Assembly: GCA_963845065.1 (NCBI GenBank)
Contig: CAWJQQ010000001.1
Location: 256,001-320,000, forward strand
DNA: 64,000 nucleotides
Source: Nitrospirota bacterium
GTDB taxonomy: Bacteria; Nitrospirota; UBA9217
Reading direction: 5' to 3'
Shown here: positions 9,458-20,097 of the stretch, piece after piece
How the letters are laid out: each line of letters begins with the position of its first letter
How positions within the stretch are numbered: position 1 is the stretch's first letter
Translations under genes and position numbers: made by a program
The notes under the pieces: model-generated
Databases searched by the model: none
Seen by the model: the letters and a program-made list of their open reading frames with translations, nothing else
Told to the model about the DNA's origin: nothing

Positions 9458-12400
9458 TCACTTCTTTTCTGGCTCCTTCGAAAAGAGCTTCACCGGCGCT
9501 TTGATGATGTTCGTGAAAATTTGTAGTATCCGCGACCCGACCGCCTTGGGCGAGAGCACGGTGACGTCAGGATTCGTGAGATCTCCGGACACGCGGGTCG
9601 GGATCGTGATGAGCGTGCCCCCCAGGATCGTGTTGACGATTGGCGTGTGCCTGATGAGCCAGTTGATTGATGAGAAAGGCGCCACGAGCACAACCATGTC
9701 GATCTTCTGATTTCCCAGATCGACCTCTCCCTCCGCAATGATGTCCAGCGATTTCCCTCCGATGTAGGCTTTTTCAATCGTGAATACGCCCTGATGAATG
9801 TCCCCCTGCAGGGCCATGGAGTTGTAGGGGAAGCCGTTGCCCCCGATTTCCGGGGCCCGTCCGCGGAAGATCTCCAGAACGCTCAGGACGGATAGTACGT
9901 TCGCGAGCGTCGGGAATTGATAGATTTTTCCCTTCCTTGCCTTGAAATCCACCCGGCCCTCTAGGGCCGAGAGCATATCCGTGCCCGTACCGTGGGACTG
10001 AATTTTCGCAGTCAGGTCATAGTCGCCGGTTATGTGCAGCTCCTTGCCGGTCAAGCAGTCGATGGTCGGCTCCAGCGGCTCTGCCTTTACCGAGGGAGTA
10101 AAGCTGAATGATGTACTTTCCCGGGACACGAGAACCGCGCCTGCCAGGGCAACTCCGCATGTCTTCGTATTGTTGAACTCCAGGCCTACCGTGTCTGGCT
10201 CCACGGTCATCACTGCATGCGCGGGCGCCAGGGTAAAGCGTCCGTATTTGACGTACGCCGAGTCGGCGGTGAAGTCGCCCCGGATGGGCGGCAGGGGAAA
10301 GGACCTCGCCATCTGCTCTGGCTTCTGCTTTTGTGGTGTCTGGTCGACCGGGGCGGCTTTTTTACCGTTTGACTGCGCCAAGGCCTGCCGGATCGTATCG
10401 ATGTTAATCCCATCGGCGGCGAGCTTCATGCTGAAGGCAAGCCCTTCATCCGATGTGGTTACGGCCCCGGTCAGGGAGTAATGGTTCTTTCCCCACGTCA
10501 CGTCAGCGGATTCTACGGTGAGCACATCGTCCTTGGCGTGGAGAACGAACTTGTTCACCGTGGTCGGAATCGGCATGCCCCAGGGAACGAACAAATCGCT
10601 GCCCGTAAGGCTTCCCTGCATACGCGATTTAAGCGGCAGGTCAATGCGGACGAGGGAGTGAAGATCGCCCTGCATGGTTCCGTTCCCGAAGGTTCCCTGC
10701 TCGAATATCCTGCTCAGGGTGGACTCCGCGAGAAGACCGGAGAAGGAGAAGTCCGCTGCCTGTTTCTGCCAGTTCAGGGTGAACGCGGCCTTGGTCTCCT
10801 GGTCCTTGATCGAGAACTTGTGGACCTCCAGGTCTGCACCCTGTTGGGAGAGGTCTATGAAGAACTTCAGCCCGTCCGCTACCGACGCTGTCCCGGAGAA
10901 CGAGGTGCCCCTGTTCCGCTGCCAGACGAGATGGGCGCCAGAAAGGGCAAGCGGGGTCTTGACCATGAGCTCGGGCGGCAGTTTGAGGTTTTCAAAAGCC
11001 CAGTCGACGGTTTTTCTGCCCGAGCTGCCATCAAGCGTCACGTCCGCGTTGCTCACGGTCGTAGTGATGCCGCTCACCACCGCGGTGCCGGTGATGGTCG
11101 AGTCGAGGATCGTGGCTTCCTTCAGGCCGAAGGCGAGTTTATCCGGAACATAACTGAACGTTCCTTTCACGAGGCCGAGCGGGCCGGGCAGGACCGGCGC
11201 ATGGAAAAGAATGTGATCAAACTCGCCGGCGGCAATGAATTTCCATTCCAGGGGCCGGTACAGCCGGCCGTTGATCTTGAGCGCGGTTAGGGTGAACTTT
11301 CCGGCCAAGGTGTCAATTCCCTGCAGAAGGTGCTCCAATGCCGGATGCCACCTGCGCCAGCCGAAGACCTCGGTGATATTGATCGTCGCGTTGCCGCTCC
11401 GGAGTTCGAGCACGGGATCGTCCCGACCAGTAAGGAGCGCGGACACATGGGACAGGGAAGACGATCCCATGCGAGCTGATAATTCGGTTATTTCCGCCAG
11501 ATTATCCTCGACGGCAAACGAGTAATTGACCATCACGGGAGCGGGAAGCCGCGGGGACGCGAGTTCGATCTGGCGGGCTTCGCCAGTTAGCCGCATGCGC
11601 AATTTTTCGGGCTGGGAGAGCAGCCCCTGTCCCTTCATGGACGAGATGACGAGTGTGCCCTTTAATGACGACAGCTCCTTCATAAAGGGGGTCAGGTTCT
11701 CCGATGACTTGAGCCACTCATAGATTTCCTGCAGCGCGAACTCGGCCCTGCCCGAGCGTATTTCAATTCGCGGATCGCGGTCCCAGGTCAGGAGCGCTGA
11801 GTAGTCCGTGAGTGAAGAATGGCCCAGTGCAAGGTTTAAATCCCGGATCTCCGTTTGGGCTTCGGTAAAGGAGTACCTTCCGCTCAGGGCGAAATCTCCC
11901 CATCGGTCAGTGCCGGCCTTGACCAGAACGTGCATGTCGCCGGGCGGGGCGTTGAAATGGACAGTCACATTCTTGAGGGACAGAAAATCCCGATGGTTTT
12001 TCCTCAAGACGAATTTTCCGTTGTCCATCTCGACTACGAGCCGGGGCCCGATCAGCTGCAGATAGCCGAGCACGGACCTGATATCCTCTTTTGTTTCCTC
12101 CAAGGTCGGGGCCTCGGATGTCTTGTCGGTTTTCGCGGCAGGCACGGCGATCCTGAAGTCAGGCTCCTGTATCCGTATCTTGGAAACCTGAACGCGGCCT
12201 CTGAATAGGGGAAGGATCTGTGGTGCAATGCTGAGGGACCGGAGCGTGCCTCTAAACGTGCGGGGATACGCCAGGCTGAGCCCTTCGATGGTCACCCGCG
12301 GCCGGGGGAACAGGGAGATATCGATCTTTTCGTAAGAAACTTTTCCACGGAGCTTCTCCTGCACCGCGGTCTGTATTTTGTTTTTTACTGCCGCGGAGCT

Positions 12401-12499
12401 CAGGTAGAGCGGGACAACGACGGTCACGGCGAATAGCAGGATCGCGAGAAAACCGGCAGCTATCGTGCACCAGAACTGTTTTGGTTTGAGATTTAGCAT
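9458..12499 (-). CDS. AsmA-like (AsmA_2 C-terminal domain) envelope protein
   Basis: N-terminal TM anchor, beta-rich body, C-terminal GEVDL...VLVAP...PIV..ILGG...VSGDL.NPDV. Confidence 0.85.
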   Translation of the reverse strand: MLNLKPKQFWCTIAAGFLAILLFAVTVVVPLYLSSAAVKNKIQTAVQEKLRGKVSYEKIDISLFPRPRVTIEGLSLAYPRTFRGTLRSLSIAPQILPLFRGRVQVSKIRIQEPDFRIAVPAAKTDKTSEAPTLEETKEDIRSVLGYLQLIGPRLVVEMDNGKFVLRKNHRDFLSLKNVTVHFNAPPGDMHVLVKAGTDRWGDFALSGRYSFTEAQTEIRDLNLALGHSSLTDYSALLTWDRDPRIEIRSGRAEFALQEIYEWLKSSENLTPFMKELSSLKGTLVISSMKGQGLLSQPEKLRMRLTGEARQIELASPRLPAPVMVNYSFAVEDNLAEITELSARMGSSSLSHVSALLTGRDDPVLELRSGNATINITEVFGWRRWHPALEHLLQGIDTLAGKFTLTALKINGRLYRPLEWKFIAAGEFDHILFHAPVLPGPLGLVKGTFSYVPDKLAFGLKEATILDSTITGTAVVSGITTTVSNADVTLDGSSGRKTVDWAFENLKLPPELMVKTPLALSGAHLVWQRNRGTSFSGTASVADGLKFFIDLSQQGADLEVHKFSIKDQETKAAFTLNWQKQAADFSFSGLLAESTLSRIFEQGTFGNGTMQGDLHSLVRIDLPLKSRMQGSLTGSDLFVPWGMPIPTTVNKFVLHAKDDVLTVESADVTWGKNHYSLTGAVTTSDEGLAFSMKLAADGINIDTIRQALAQSNGKKAAPVDQTPQKQKPEQMARSFPLPPIRGDFTADSAYVKYGRFTLAPAHAVMTVEPDTVGLEFNNTKTCGVALAGAVLVSRESTSFSFTPSVKAEPLEPTIDCLTGKELHITGDYDLTAKIQSHGTGTDMLSALEGRVDFKARKGKIYQFPTLANVLSVLSVLEIFRGRAPEIGGNGFPYNSMALQGDIHQGVFTIEKAYIGGKSLDIIAEGEVDLGNQKIDMVVLVAPFSSINWLIRHTPIVNTILGGTLITIPTRVSGDLTNPDVTVLSPKAVGSRILQIFTNIIKAPVKLFSKEPEKK

Positions 12500-12989
12500 G
12501 TGTTCTCCGTCTTAATTTTAGATTATACTCATTAGGGCCTTGCTCGGCAAATGAATCTTAACGGTACCTCATAGGGTCACCTATGAAAAAGGCTGTCAAG
12601 TTTGAGCGATATTTCCATAAATCGGTCACCTATCCGTGCTCGATTCAAGGCACACTGTAACGTCGGATCCCAATTTCTATCGGGTGGTTAGCCCTAGATG
12701 ATAATACCTCTGATAATGCTTTTCCTTTAAAGAGTGATCTGAAATTATAGAAGGCTGGGATATCGCTATGTTCAACTCTACGCAATCGTAATGCTGGGTC
12801 AGACAATTCGTGAGGGCGGAATTATAACGTAATTGGTTAGCGTCAATTACATACTTTGGATGGCATCCATATTCTGCCAGTTCTAATTTTGAAGAAGGCT
12901 TTTCCTTATCGTGGAATCTTTAAAAAGACAGACCATAACAAATCAGAAGCGGTTCTGGCTAAATCTGCTTCCTTTATTCTATCCGATCA

Positions 12990-13165
12990 CTGTATTCATA
13001 TTATCAGTACGCTAAGAAAGAGAGAGAAACAGATCAAAAATAGGAAGGATGGCGGCCCGTCTCAACAGGTAATCGACATATATAATTTGAAGTAATCAGC
13101 CAACTTTCCATCCCTGAAGCTGATAAAGTTGTCATTCTTTGCGAAACATATCTGTTTACATTCTA
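12990..13165 (-). repeat. Degenerate CACCTAC-core site (core near 13040-13046)
   Basis: Minus strand AAAGAATGACAACTTTATCAGCTTCAGGGATG matches AAAGAATGACAAGTTCAACATCTTCAGGATG at 52221-52251. Confidence 0.55.
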
Positions 13166-13334
13166 TAATCGTTAGAATACCTTTAAATCCTATCGTTATG
13201 GTGGACATTATCAAAGGTTAGAGGTAAAATCGCCATAAAATATGTAAATACTTAATTCTTGTGTCGGCTGGGACTTTGCTCAGCAGACATGACCCCTAGA
13301 GCGCAGTCGATACTATGCTTGGGAGGATCAAGCG

Positions 13335-14639
13335 ATGAAGAGGACCCTGACGGCATTCTCGATGATGGTTATGACTTGCATGCTGTTGGCCAACTGCGGT
13401 ACGAATATGCCGACCAGTGTACCTTTCGCGCCGGCAGTTGAAGCCACTGCAGGAGACGGACAGGTGACTGTAAGCTTGACAGAAGTGGCACCATATTGCC
13501 CGACGGTAAACTCTTACACAGTATACTACTCTACCACAGACCCCGTAACGTCGTCATCTACAACAAAGGTGACAGGGATCCTCAGTTCATCAACTACATT
13601 CACCGGACTTACCAATGGCACTATGTATTACTTCATCGCAACGGCAGTGAACGCAGTTGGCGAAAGCCCACCGTCATCAGAAGTGAGAGCCATGCCGGAT
13701 CTAAACATAGGAACCGTGACGATTCTCGACTCTGCCTCAGGACTGCTCGGTTATCCCCAAAGTATTGCGGTCGATTCTACCAGTGTCTATTGGACTGAGG
13801 ATATAGGTACCCCGTGGGGGGGTGGTACTGGGGCTTTAAAGAAGGTAGGGTTAAACGGAGGGACCGTGACGACCCTCGCCTCAGGAACGAGTGCTTGGCA
13901 ATTTGGTCCCCAGGGTATTGCAGTCGATTCCACCAGTGTCTACTGGACTGATAATTTTAGCGGGACTGTAAATAAGGTTCTAATAAGCGGAGGAAGCGTA
14001 ACGACCCTTGCCTCAGGAACGAATAATTGGCGATATGGTCCCCAGGGTATTGCTGTCGATTCCACCAGTGTCTACTGGGCCGATGGCGCTGGCATAAGGA
14101 AGGTGGGGATAAACGGAGGGACCGTCACGACCCTCGCCTCTGGAACGATTAATCCCTACGCTATCGCAATCGATTCCACCAATATCTACTGGACCGGCTA
14201 TACCAATACTAATAGCGTGACTGTAAATAAGGTAGGTTTAAACGGAGGGACCGTCACGACCCTCGCCTTAGAGCAGAGCGGCTGTCCCCGAGGTATTGCC
14301 GTCGATACCACCAGTGTCTACTGGACTGATATGTGTAATTGGGCTGTAAACAAGGTAGGGATAAACGGAGGATCCGTCACGACCCTCGCCTCAGGATCGT
14401 ATACCGGGGAGTTTAATGGCCCCTATGGTATTGCTGTCGATTCTATTAACGTCTACTGGACTGAGTTTAATGAAAGCGGGAGTATATATAAGGTAGGGAT
14501 AAACGGGGGGATATTCACGACCGTCGCCTCAGGACTGAGTATGCCCGCAAATATTGCTGTCGATTCTTCTAACGTCTACTGGACTGAGTATGGTTATAGT
14601 ATTTTTGGTGGCGGGACTGTAAAGAAGGTGTCAAAGTAG
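13335..14639 (+). CDS. Lipoprotein with FN3 domain and 7-bladed beta-propeller
   Basis: Lipobox LANC; FN3 (YTVYYS...GLTNGTMYYF..TAVNAVGES); seven IAVDSTSVYWT...KVG.NGG.VTTLAS repeats. Confidence 0.88.
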   Translation: MKRTLTAFSMMVMTCMLLANCGTNMPTSVPFAPAVEATAGDGQVTVSLTEVAPYCPTVNSYTVYYSTTDPVTSSSTTKVTGILSSSTTFTGLTNGTMYYFIATAVNAVGESPPSSEVRAMPDLNIGTVTILDSASGLLGYPQSIAVDSTSVYWTEDIGTPWGGGTGALKKVGLNGGTVTTLASGTSAWQFGPQGIAVDSTSVYWTDNFSGTVNKVLISGGSVTTLASGTNNWRYGPQGIAVDSTSVYWADGAGIRKVGINGGTVTTLASGTINPYAIAIDSTNIYWTGYTNTNSVTVNKVGLNGGTVTTLALEQSGCPRGIAVDTTSVYWTDMCNWAVNKVGINGGSVTTLASGSYTGEFNGPYGIAVDSINVYWTEFNESGSIYKVGINGGIFTTVASGLSMPANIAVDSSNVYWTEYGYSIFGGGTVKKVSK

Positions 14640-14923
14640 AGCTGAGTGTACTGTCGGTTAGATAAACATGAGGTCGATGATGGCAAACAGTCGTGATAGT
14701 GACACTATTAGTCCTAGGAATCTTGCAGTATTTGCTTCTCTACCATTAAAAAAATACGACTCCATTCGGTTTTAGATTGCCGTTAAAAAAAGAACTTTTC
14801 AAGAGACGCAATGTTAATTTCGGGGAGCGTAGGTAGTCCTGGCTATTTTTGTTACTCGGAGAAAAGAAAAGCCTATCCGTTAATCGAATGGGCTTAGAGT
14901 AACAAAAAGGATGGGACAGGCTA

Positions 14924-15009
14924 TTACTTCGCGCCGAGGATTGCGGCTTTACCCTCAGGATTTGACAACCTTCTTGATGGGAATCCTGATGGTTTGAGCA
15001 TTGCCCGTT
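14924..15009 (-). pseudogene. Remnant of HU C-terminal half
   Basis: TGNAQTIRIPIKKVVKS* and AAILGAK* resemble HU TIKIPAKKVVKF...AILGAK. Confidence 0.55.
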
Positions 15010-15032
15010 AACCACTAGCTTATGGTGACCTT

Positions 15033-15515
15033 TTATTTCAATGAATGTAACCCAAACATATTCCCTTCCGTGTCGAAAACCAAGGAGATAAAGCCATACT
15101 CACCAATGGAAAGTTTCTTTTTCTCGATACTTCCTCCAAATTTTACCACTCGTTTTTCTTCAACGGCGCAATCTGCACAACTGAAGTAAACAATGGTGCT
15201 GTTACCGCCGGAGAGAATGCCTTTCATTTTAATCAAAGCTCCACCAGCACCCCATCCGTCCATCTCCATTGGAAAGGCCCAAATTTCAACATTGGGATTA
15301 TTTAACTTAGTCAATTTGACTTGGAACACTGATTCATAAAACTTCTTCGCACGTTTGAGGTCTTGAACATAGATTTCAAACCAGCCAACGGGATTGTATT
15401 TTACCGGGGTTTCCTTTCTTGTTACTTCTCCGATGAAATCCAATATTTCAGCGGCAGCTTTCTTGGTGGTTGATGCCTTTTCAGCAATCTTAGCTATCAA
15501 CTGCTTTTTTGTCAT
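15033..15515 (-). CDS. HU N-terminal helices fused to a VOC/glyoxalase domain; start separated by IS481
   Basis: MTKKQLIAKIAEKASTTKKAAAEILD (HU-like) followed by NPVGWFEIYV...DTEGNMFGLHS (VOC). Confidence 0.8.
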   Translation of the reverse strand: MTKKQLIAKIAEKASTTKKAAAEILDFIGEVTRKETPVKYNPVGWFEIYVQDLKRAKKFYESVFQVKLTKLNNPNVEIWAFPMEMDGWGAGGALIKMKGILSGGNSTIVYFSCADCAVEEKRVVKFGGSIEKKKLSIGEYGFISLVFDTEGNMFGLHSLK

Positions 15516-15524
15516 TGCCTTAGC

Positions 15525-16923
15525 TGATAACTGTCACGACATCGTAGACAGATTTTACTGTCAGGACATCGTGGACAAACGTTCTTTGACAATCGAATAG
15601 CCACAGCATAAACGTATCATGAACACCAAACCTAAAAGGGAGGTGTTCATGAAAAAGAGCATCAAGCAAGAACGATTAAAAGCTGTGCAGCGGTTCTTCA
15701 ATGGAGAAGAGCCGGAAGAGATTTGTGATTCTCTTGGCCGTTCTCGAGCATGGCTGTACAAATGGGTGACACGGTATGCGCCCGATGATTCGTTATGGTT
15801 TGAAGAGCGGTCTCGGCAACCGCTTGTCAGTCCTCACCGCACGCCCGCAGAAATCGAAATGATCGTCGAGATGGTCCGATGGAGCTTGTACAACAAAGAT
15901 CTCTTCTGCGGCGACCAGGCCATACGATGGGAACTGGAAGAGATGGAGGTGCGACCGCTTCCCTCACTGAGCACAATCAGCCGAATTTTGCGCCGTCGTG
16001 AATTGACCCATCGCCGTACCGGCCGGTATGAACCAAAGGGCAAGAAATATCCCGGACTGCCGGCGCTAGCGCCCAACCAGACACACCAGCTTGATCTGGT
16101 AGGTCCCTGTTATCTGAGCGGTCCAATTCGGTTCTATGGCTTGAATGCAATTGATACCGCCATCAACCTCTGCGGCATGGAGCCGATACCCTCAAAGTCA
16201 GCGCAGAGCATTCTGGACGCCATTTACGCGGTCTGGCAGCGCATGGGCATCCCCGAGAATCTTCAGGTAGACAATGAAATCGCCTTCTTCGGAAGTCCCG
16301 TTTACCCACGAGGAATGGGGCCGCTTATCCGCCTCTGCTTGCTCTCTGGGGTCAATCTCTGGTTCATCCCACCAGCCGAACCCTGGCGAAACGGGATAAT
16401 CGAGAAGTTCAATGACCATTATCGTCAGAAGTTCCTCGACAAGGTCACGATGATATCGATGGTGCAGCTTCGGCAAGAATCTCTGGCATTCGAGCATCGG
16501 CATAACAACACCTATCGCTACAGCAAAATCAAAGGACAAACGCCGATTAAAGCACTAGATCGTATGAAAGTGAAAAGGATCTTTCCGAGTCAAAAGAATG
16601 TGCCCCATCACCCACTGGAGAAACCGGAAACAGGATGCTATCATTTTGTTCGATTCATCCGAAGTGACTGCAAGCTGAACATCTTTGGCGAAATGTTCCT
16701 TGCTCCACCGAATACTCAGTACGAATACGTTGTGGCTACTGTCGATGTCAAAGATCAAAAGTTAAAACTCTACTTGGAAACAATCCAAGTTGAAGAATAT
16801 AGTTATCAACTGCGATGACTGCAAAATCTCTTGTCACGGTATCGCTGGATAATATAGTTTCAAAGTTGCGAGTCCACGATGTCGTGACAGCTATTTTTGT
16901 CCACGATGTCCTGACAGTTGTCA
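15525..16923 (+). mobile_element. IS481-family-like insertion sequence with 6-bp TSD CTTAGC
   Basis: TIRs TGATAACTGTCACGACATCGTAGACA / TGTCCACGATGTCCTGACAGTTGTCA with internal repeats; CTTAGC at 15519-15524 and 16924-16929. Confidence 0.9.
15649..16818 (+). CDS. DDE transposase (HTH + integrase core)
   Basis: SRAWLYKW HTH; HQLD, LQVDNE, PWRNGIIEKFN. Confidence 0.92.
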   Translation: MKKSIKQERLKAVQRFFNGEEPEEICDSLGRSRAWLYKWVTRYAPDDSLWFEERSRQPLVSPHRTPAEIEMIVEMVRWSLYNKDLFCGDQAIRWELEEMEVRPLPSLSTISRILRRRELTHRRTGRYEPKGKKYPGLPALAPNQTHQLDLVGPCYLSGPIRFYGLNAIDTAINLCGMEPIPSKSAQSILDAIYAVWQRMGIPENLQVDNEIAFFGSPVYPRGMGPLIRLCLLSGVNLWFIPPAEPWRNGIIEKFNDHYRQKFLDKVTMISMVQLRQESLAFEHRHNNTYRYSKIKGQTPIKALDRMKVKRIFPSQKNVPHHPLEKPETGCYHFVRFIRSDCKLNIFGEMFLAPPNTQYEYVVATVDVKDQKLKLYLETIQVEEYSYQLR

Positions 16924-16932
16924 CTTAGCCAT

Positions 16933-17607
16933 TTATCCCTCCATTTTAATTGAACGCATTGTCCTATTATCAAGAATAGTCACGCCAGCCGCAGTCCGAT
17001 GTGCCGCCTGTACTAATGCGGAGGCTACCTGAGATGCTTGTACGCCTGCTAAGAATGGTGGAAAGAGCCAGGTTATCTTCTTAGCGATATGTTCCCCAAG
17101 ACGGTATTCCTGTCGGTCGCCCAGCAGCATGGATGGACGAGCTATCGTGACAGAAGGATACCCAACTGTCAGGATAGCGTCTTCCAGCTCACCTTTGATT
17201 CGATTATATAAGAACCGAGAACGGGGATTTGCGCCAATGGCACTTACCAACAAGAAATGACAGGCACCCTGTGCACGAGCAAACTTGGCTATTGTAAAGG
17301 GATAATCGAAGTCTACCCGTCTAAATGCCGTCTGCGTCTTTGCTTTAGCTATTGTGGTTCCAATAGCGCAGAAGACAGTATCCACTTCAAACCATTCAGG
17401 GTGTTCCTGTAATTTATCAAAATCAGTAATGAGTTCTTTAACGACAGGAGATTTGTCCTCAGACGGCAATGAGCGTCTTGTCAAGGCTCGGATTTCCGCT
17501 ATCATGCTATCCTTGGAAAGCAGATGGAGAATATTACGTCCTACCAGTCCTGTAGCCCCCGCTAATAAAGCACGTTGCTTCGAAGTTATTGTCTGATTAG
17601 TATTCAC
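16933..17607 (-). CDS. NAD(P)H-binding oxidoreductase (YraR/TIP30-like)
   Basis: GATGLVG, FCAIGTT, FRRVDFDY, YNRIKGELE, RPSMLLG. Confidence 0.9.
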   Translation of the reverse strand: MNTNQTITSKQRALLAGATGLVGRNILHLLSKDSMIAEIRALTRRSLPSEDKSPVVKELITDFDKLQEHPEWFEVDTVFCAIGTTIAKAKTQTAFRRVDFDYPFTIAKFARAQGACHFLLVSAIGANPRSRFLYNRIKGELEDAILTVGYPSVTIARPSMLLGDRQEYRLGEHIAKKITWLFPPFLAGVQASQVASALVQAAHRTAAGVTILDNRTMRSIKMEG

Positions 17608-17620
17608 TGATATCCCTCCG

Positions 17621-18286
17621 TCAAATCGGTTGGATGTTATCGGGTTGGTTATTCTTAACTGAGTTCACCTTGGTTGTGACTCGATAAACTTCAAGTTCTT
17701 CAGATGGAAAGGGCTTCAGAATGGGAAGAAGTAAGTTATTATCGTGTTCATTAGGATTCAGCCAAAGCCTGAAATCATTTTCATGTAGAATTACAGGCAT
17801 CCTATCGTGAAGGGGCATCACGAGTTCATTTGCATCGGTCGTGACGATTGTCGAGCTACAGACTTCTTCGCCTTCAGGTGATCTCCAATTGTTGTAAAGC
17901 CCAGCGAATGCCATAGGCTGTTTCGATTTGAGATGGATGTAATACGGAATCTTTACTTTATCCTGCCTTTGCCACTCATAGAAGCCGTCAGCAACAACAA
18001 GACAACGGTAATTTTGAAAAGCATCCTTGTATGACTTATTGGTGGCAAGAGTCTCACATCTCGCATTTATCATCGAATAAGCAGTCTTTTTTTCCTTAGC
18101 CCAGGACGGCAGAAATCCCCAATGGCTTGAGATGAGAAGGTTCTTCTTCCCGTCATTTATGACAATGGGGATATTCTGAGCTGGAGCTACGTTATAATTC
18201 GGAACGATATCGAATGTGATGGAGTCGATTTGGAATATTTGAGCGATTATTTCTATCGCAGTGTGTATATCGAAGCGTCCGCACAT
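17621..18286 (-). CDS. SOS response-associated peptidase (SRAP/YedK/HMCES family)
   Basis: MCGRF N-terminus, YNVAP, INARCET, ADGFYEW, HDRMPVIL. Confidence 0.95.
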   Translation of the reverse strand: MCGRFDIHTAIEIIAQIFQIDSITFDIVPNYNVAPAQNIPIVINDGKKNLLISSHWGFLPSWAKEKKTAYSMINARCETLATNKSYKDAFQNYRCLVVADGFYEWQRQDKVKIPYYIHLKSKQPMAFAGLYNNWRSPEGEEVCSSTIVTTDANELVMPLHDRMPVILHENDFRLWLNPNEHDNNLLLPILKPFPSEELEVYRVTTKVNSVKNNQPDNIQPI

Positions 18287-18373
18287 GTTCTGATTATACC
18301 AGATGTATTGGCAAGGACATTCGAGGAGTAGAAGCAGAGGACATAGAGATACCTATTGTAAGATGGGACTGGG

Positions 18374-19051
18374 TCAATAGTGTATGAATTCGATTGATAC
18401 ATTCCCTGTTTTTTCACCGGAATAAATGCAAATCGTGCCTACTTTTGTATTGTACTTCTTTAATGTTTGAACGTTCTTAAATCCCGCATTAGTCATTAAG
18501 TCTGGAAGGAGACCCTTGAAGTTGGCTTCCACTTCTGGTTCAAACTTTGCGGCAATATTGCCGACCAGAGCAAAAATGAGATTTTTTTGTTTCCCAAAAT
18601 CAGCTATAAAAAACTTCCCACCAGTGGTTAACACCCTAAATATTTCCCGCATTGCTATTAGCTTTTTGTCCGTGCTCAAATGATGCATCATCAAGCTCGT
18701 CATTGCCTTGTTAATTGAATTATCGTTTTGGGGTAACTTACCGCCATCATATTCAATCAATGAGATATCGAGCATTAGCCGTTCAATTTTGCTTTTAGCG
18801 ATTGCAAGTACTTTTGGGTCAATATCAATTCCTTCAAAAAGTGCTTTTGGATGTTTTTGTTTTGCCAATATAAGCAAGGTGCCTGTTCCGCAGCCAAAAT
18901 CCAAAATGTTGTCTTCTTCCCGAATATTCATAAGGTCAATCAAATCTTCCTTGATTCTTTTTTCGGGTATTGTAAGTGCAATGAATGAATCAAAGAGTTT
19001 TGTTAAAATGGGAACATCAAATGCTGGTCTGAATTTTTCTTTCATAGTCAC
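18374..19051 (-). CDS. Class I SAM-dependent methyltransferase
   Basis: ILDFGCGTG, GIDID, SLMMHHL, RVLTTGG. Confidence 0.9.
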   Translation of the reverse strand: MTMKEKFRPAFDVPILTKLFDSFIALTIPEKRIKEDLIDLMNIREEDNILDFGCGTGTLLILAKQKHPKALFEGIDIDPKVLAIAKSKIERLMLDISLIEYDGGKLPQNDNSINKAMTSLMMHHLSTDKKLIAMREIFRVLTTGGKFFIADFGKQKNLIFALVGNIAAKFEPEVEANFKGLLPDLMTNAGFKNVQTLKKYNTKVGTICIYSGEKTGNVSIEFIHY

Positions 19052-19266
19052 AATTATACACAGAAACTATTAATGATGAAATTGATTTGCATGAAGCCAC
19101 CCCTCGTAACTCATCGTGGATATTATCAGAAGTCGATAGTTAATGACAAACGGGAACTTAAATCTACGAACATATGCATCTTTTTTATTAACTCACAATC
19201 AATTCTTTATGGTAAAAGGTGGTCATTATATATCTGGCGTAAGAGCATTCAGGAAGGGGAAATTAC

Positions 19267-19489
19267 ATGCAACTTCAAACAGTCATGGTAATCGAATACA
19301 CCGGCGGCGAAATTCCATTCTGTACGTTCATTTTCTGAGGACAAGGAAGGAAACAAAGAAGCGGAAGCACTTTTCGTGAAAGTTGCCAAAGACAACGGTA
19401 TGGATGATATTGACATTGATGCTTGCCTTGAAGATGGGCTCTTCGGGGAAGGTGATTATCAGATTTTCCTAGTTCACTCGCAGGATTAA
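19267..19489 (+). pseudogene. Small acidic hypothetical protein with a 1-nt frameshift
   Basis: RBS, then MQLQTVMVIEYTGGEI, continuing in another frame as HSVRSFSEDKEGNKEAEALF...FLVHSQD*. Confidence 0.45.
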
Positions 19490-19501
19490 TGGCAACACAG
19501 T

Positions 19502-19663
19502 CTACTTAGTACCCATTTTATTCACAATATTACGCCCAATTATTTTGCGCTCCCATCCTTTACGTGTAATTGGAAGGCTGGTTATTCTGACAAAGCGTTG
19601 TTTCCCCGCAGATAAACCGCTTGCTGTCTTAACTTGCCATGGAGGACGGCGTTTATGTGCCAT
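19502..19663 (-). CDS. Small basic hypothetical protein (53 aa)
   Basis: RBS GAAGGTGG, then MAHKRRPPWQVKTASG...KMGTK*. Confidence 0.4.
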   Translation of the reverse strand: MAHKRRPPWQVKTASGLSAGKQRFVRITSLPITRKGWERKIIGRNIVNKMGTK

Positions 19664-20097
19664 TTTATCCACCTTCTTTCTTTGCTTTCTAATATCAATT
19701 TAAATAATATCAAAAAGGTGGAGAAAGGGTGCTAGAGCGGGAACTTCCCGAAAGTTTTCGGTCCCCTTAGCCTCGCCAGCGCTATAGGTGCTTGTGGCTC
19801 TTGTGAATGATTTTTGGGGATGTTTGAGAGCGGAATATTCCTGAATCGAGGCAAAATCATTTCAACTGGTTTCAAAAAAAATTGCAAATACAGTTCTGTG
19901 GTAGGGTTTTGACTTACTCTGCTTCACGTTTTTCCTCCATATCCCTTTCATCTTGCGGAATGGGTTCTATATCGGTATCTTGTCCGGTATCGAGGCTCGT
20001 GAAATTATCCGTTTCCCCGACCTGCCACGTTGGGATAACTTTGATGCCCTTCTTCTTTGACCGTGAAGTGAGCATGTCAATTTTCAAACAACCCGAA

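Noticed and set aside
13760..14590. Regularly spaced repeats resembling a CRISPR array
   Set aside because: They are in-frame beta-propeller blades inside one ORF; no cas genes or true repeat-spacer array were seen in the window.
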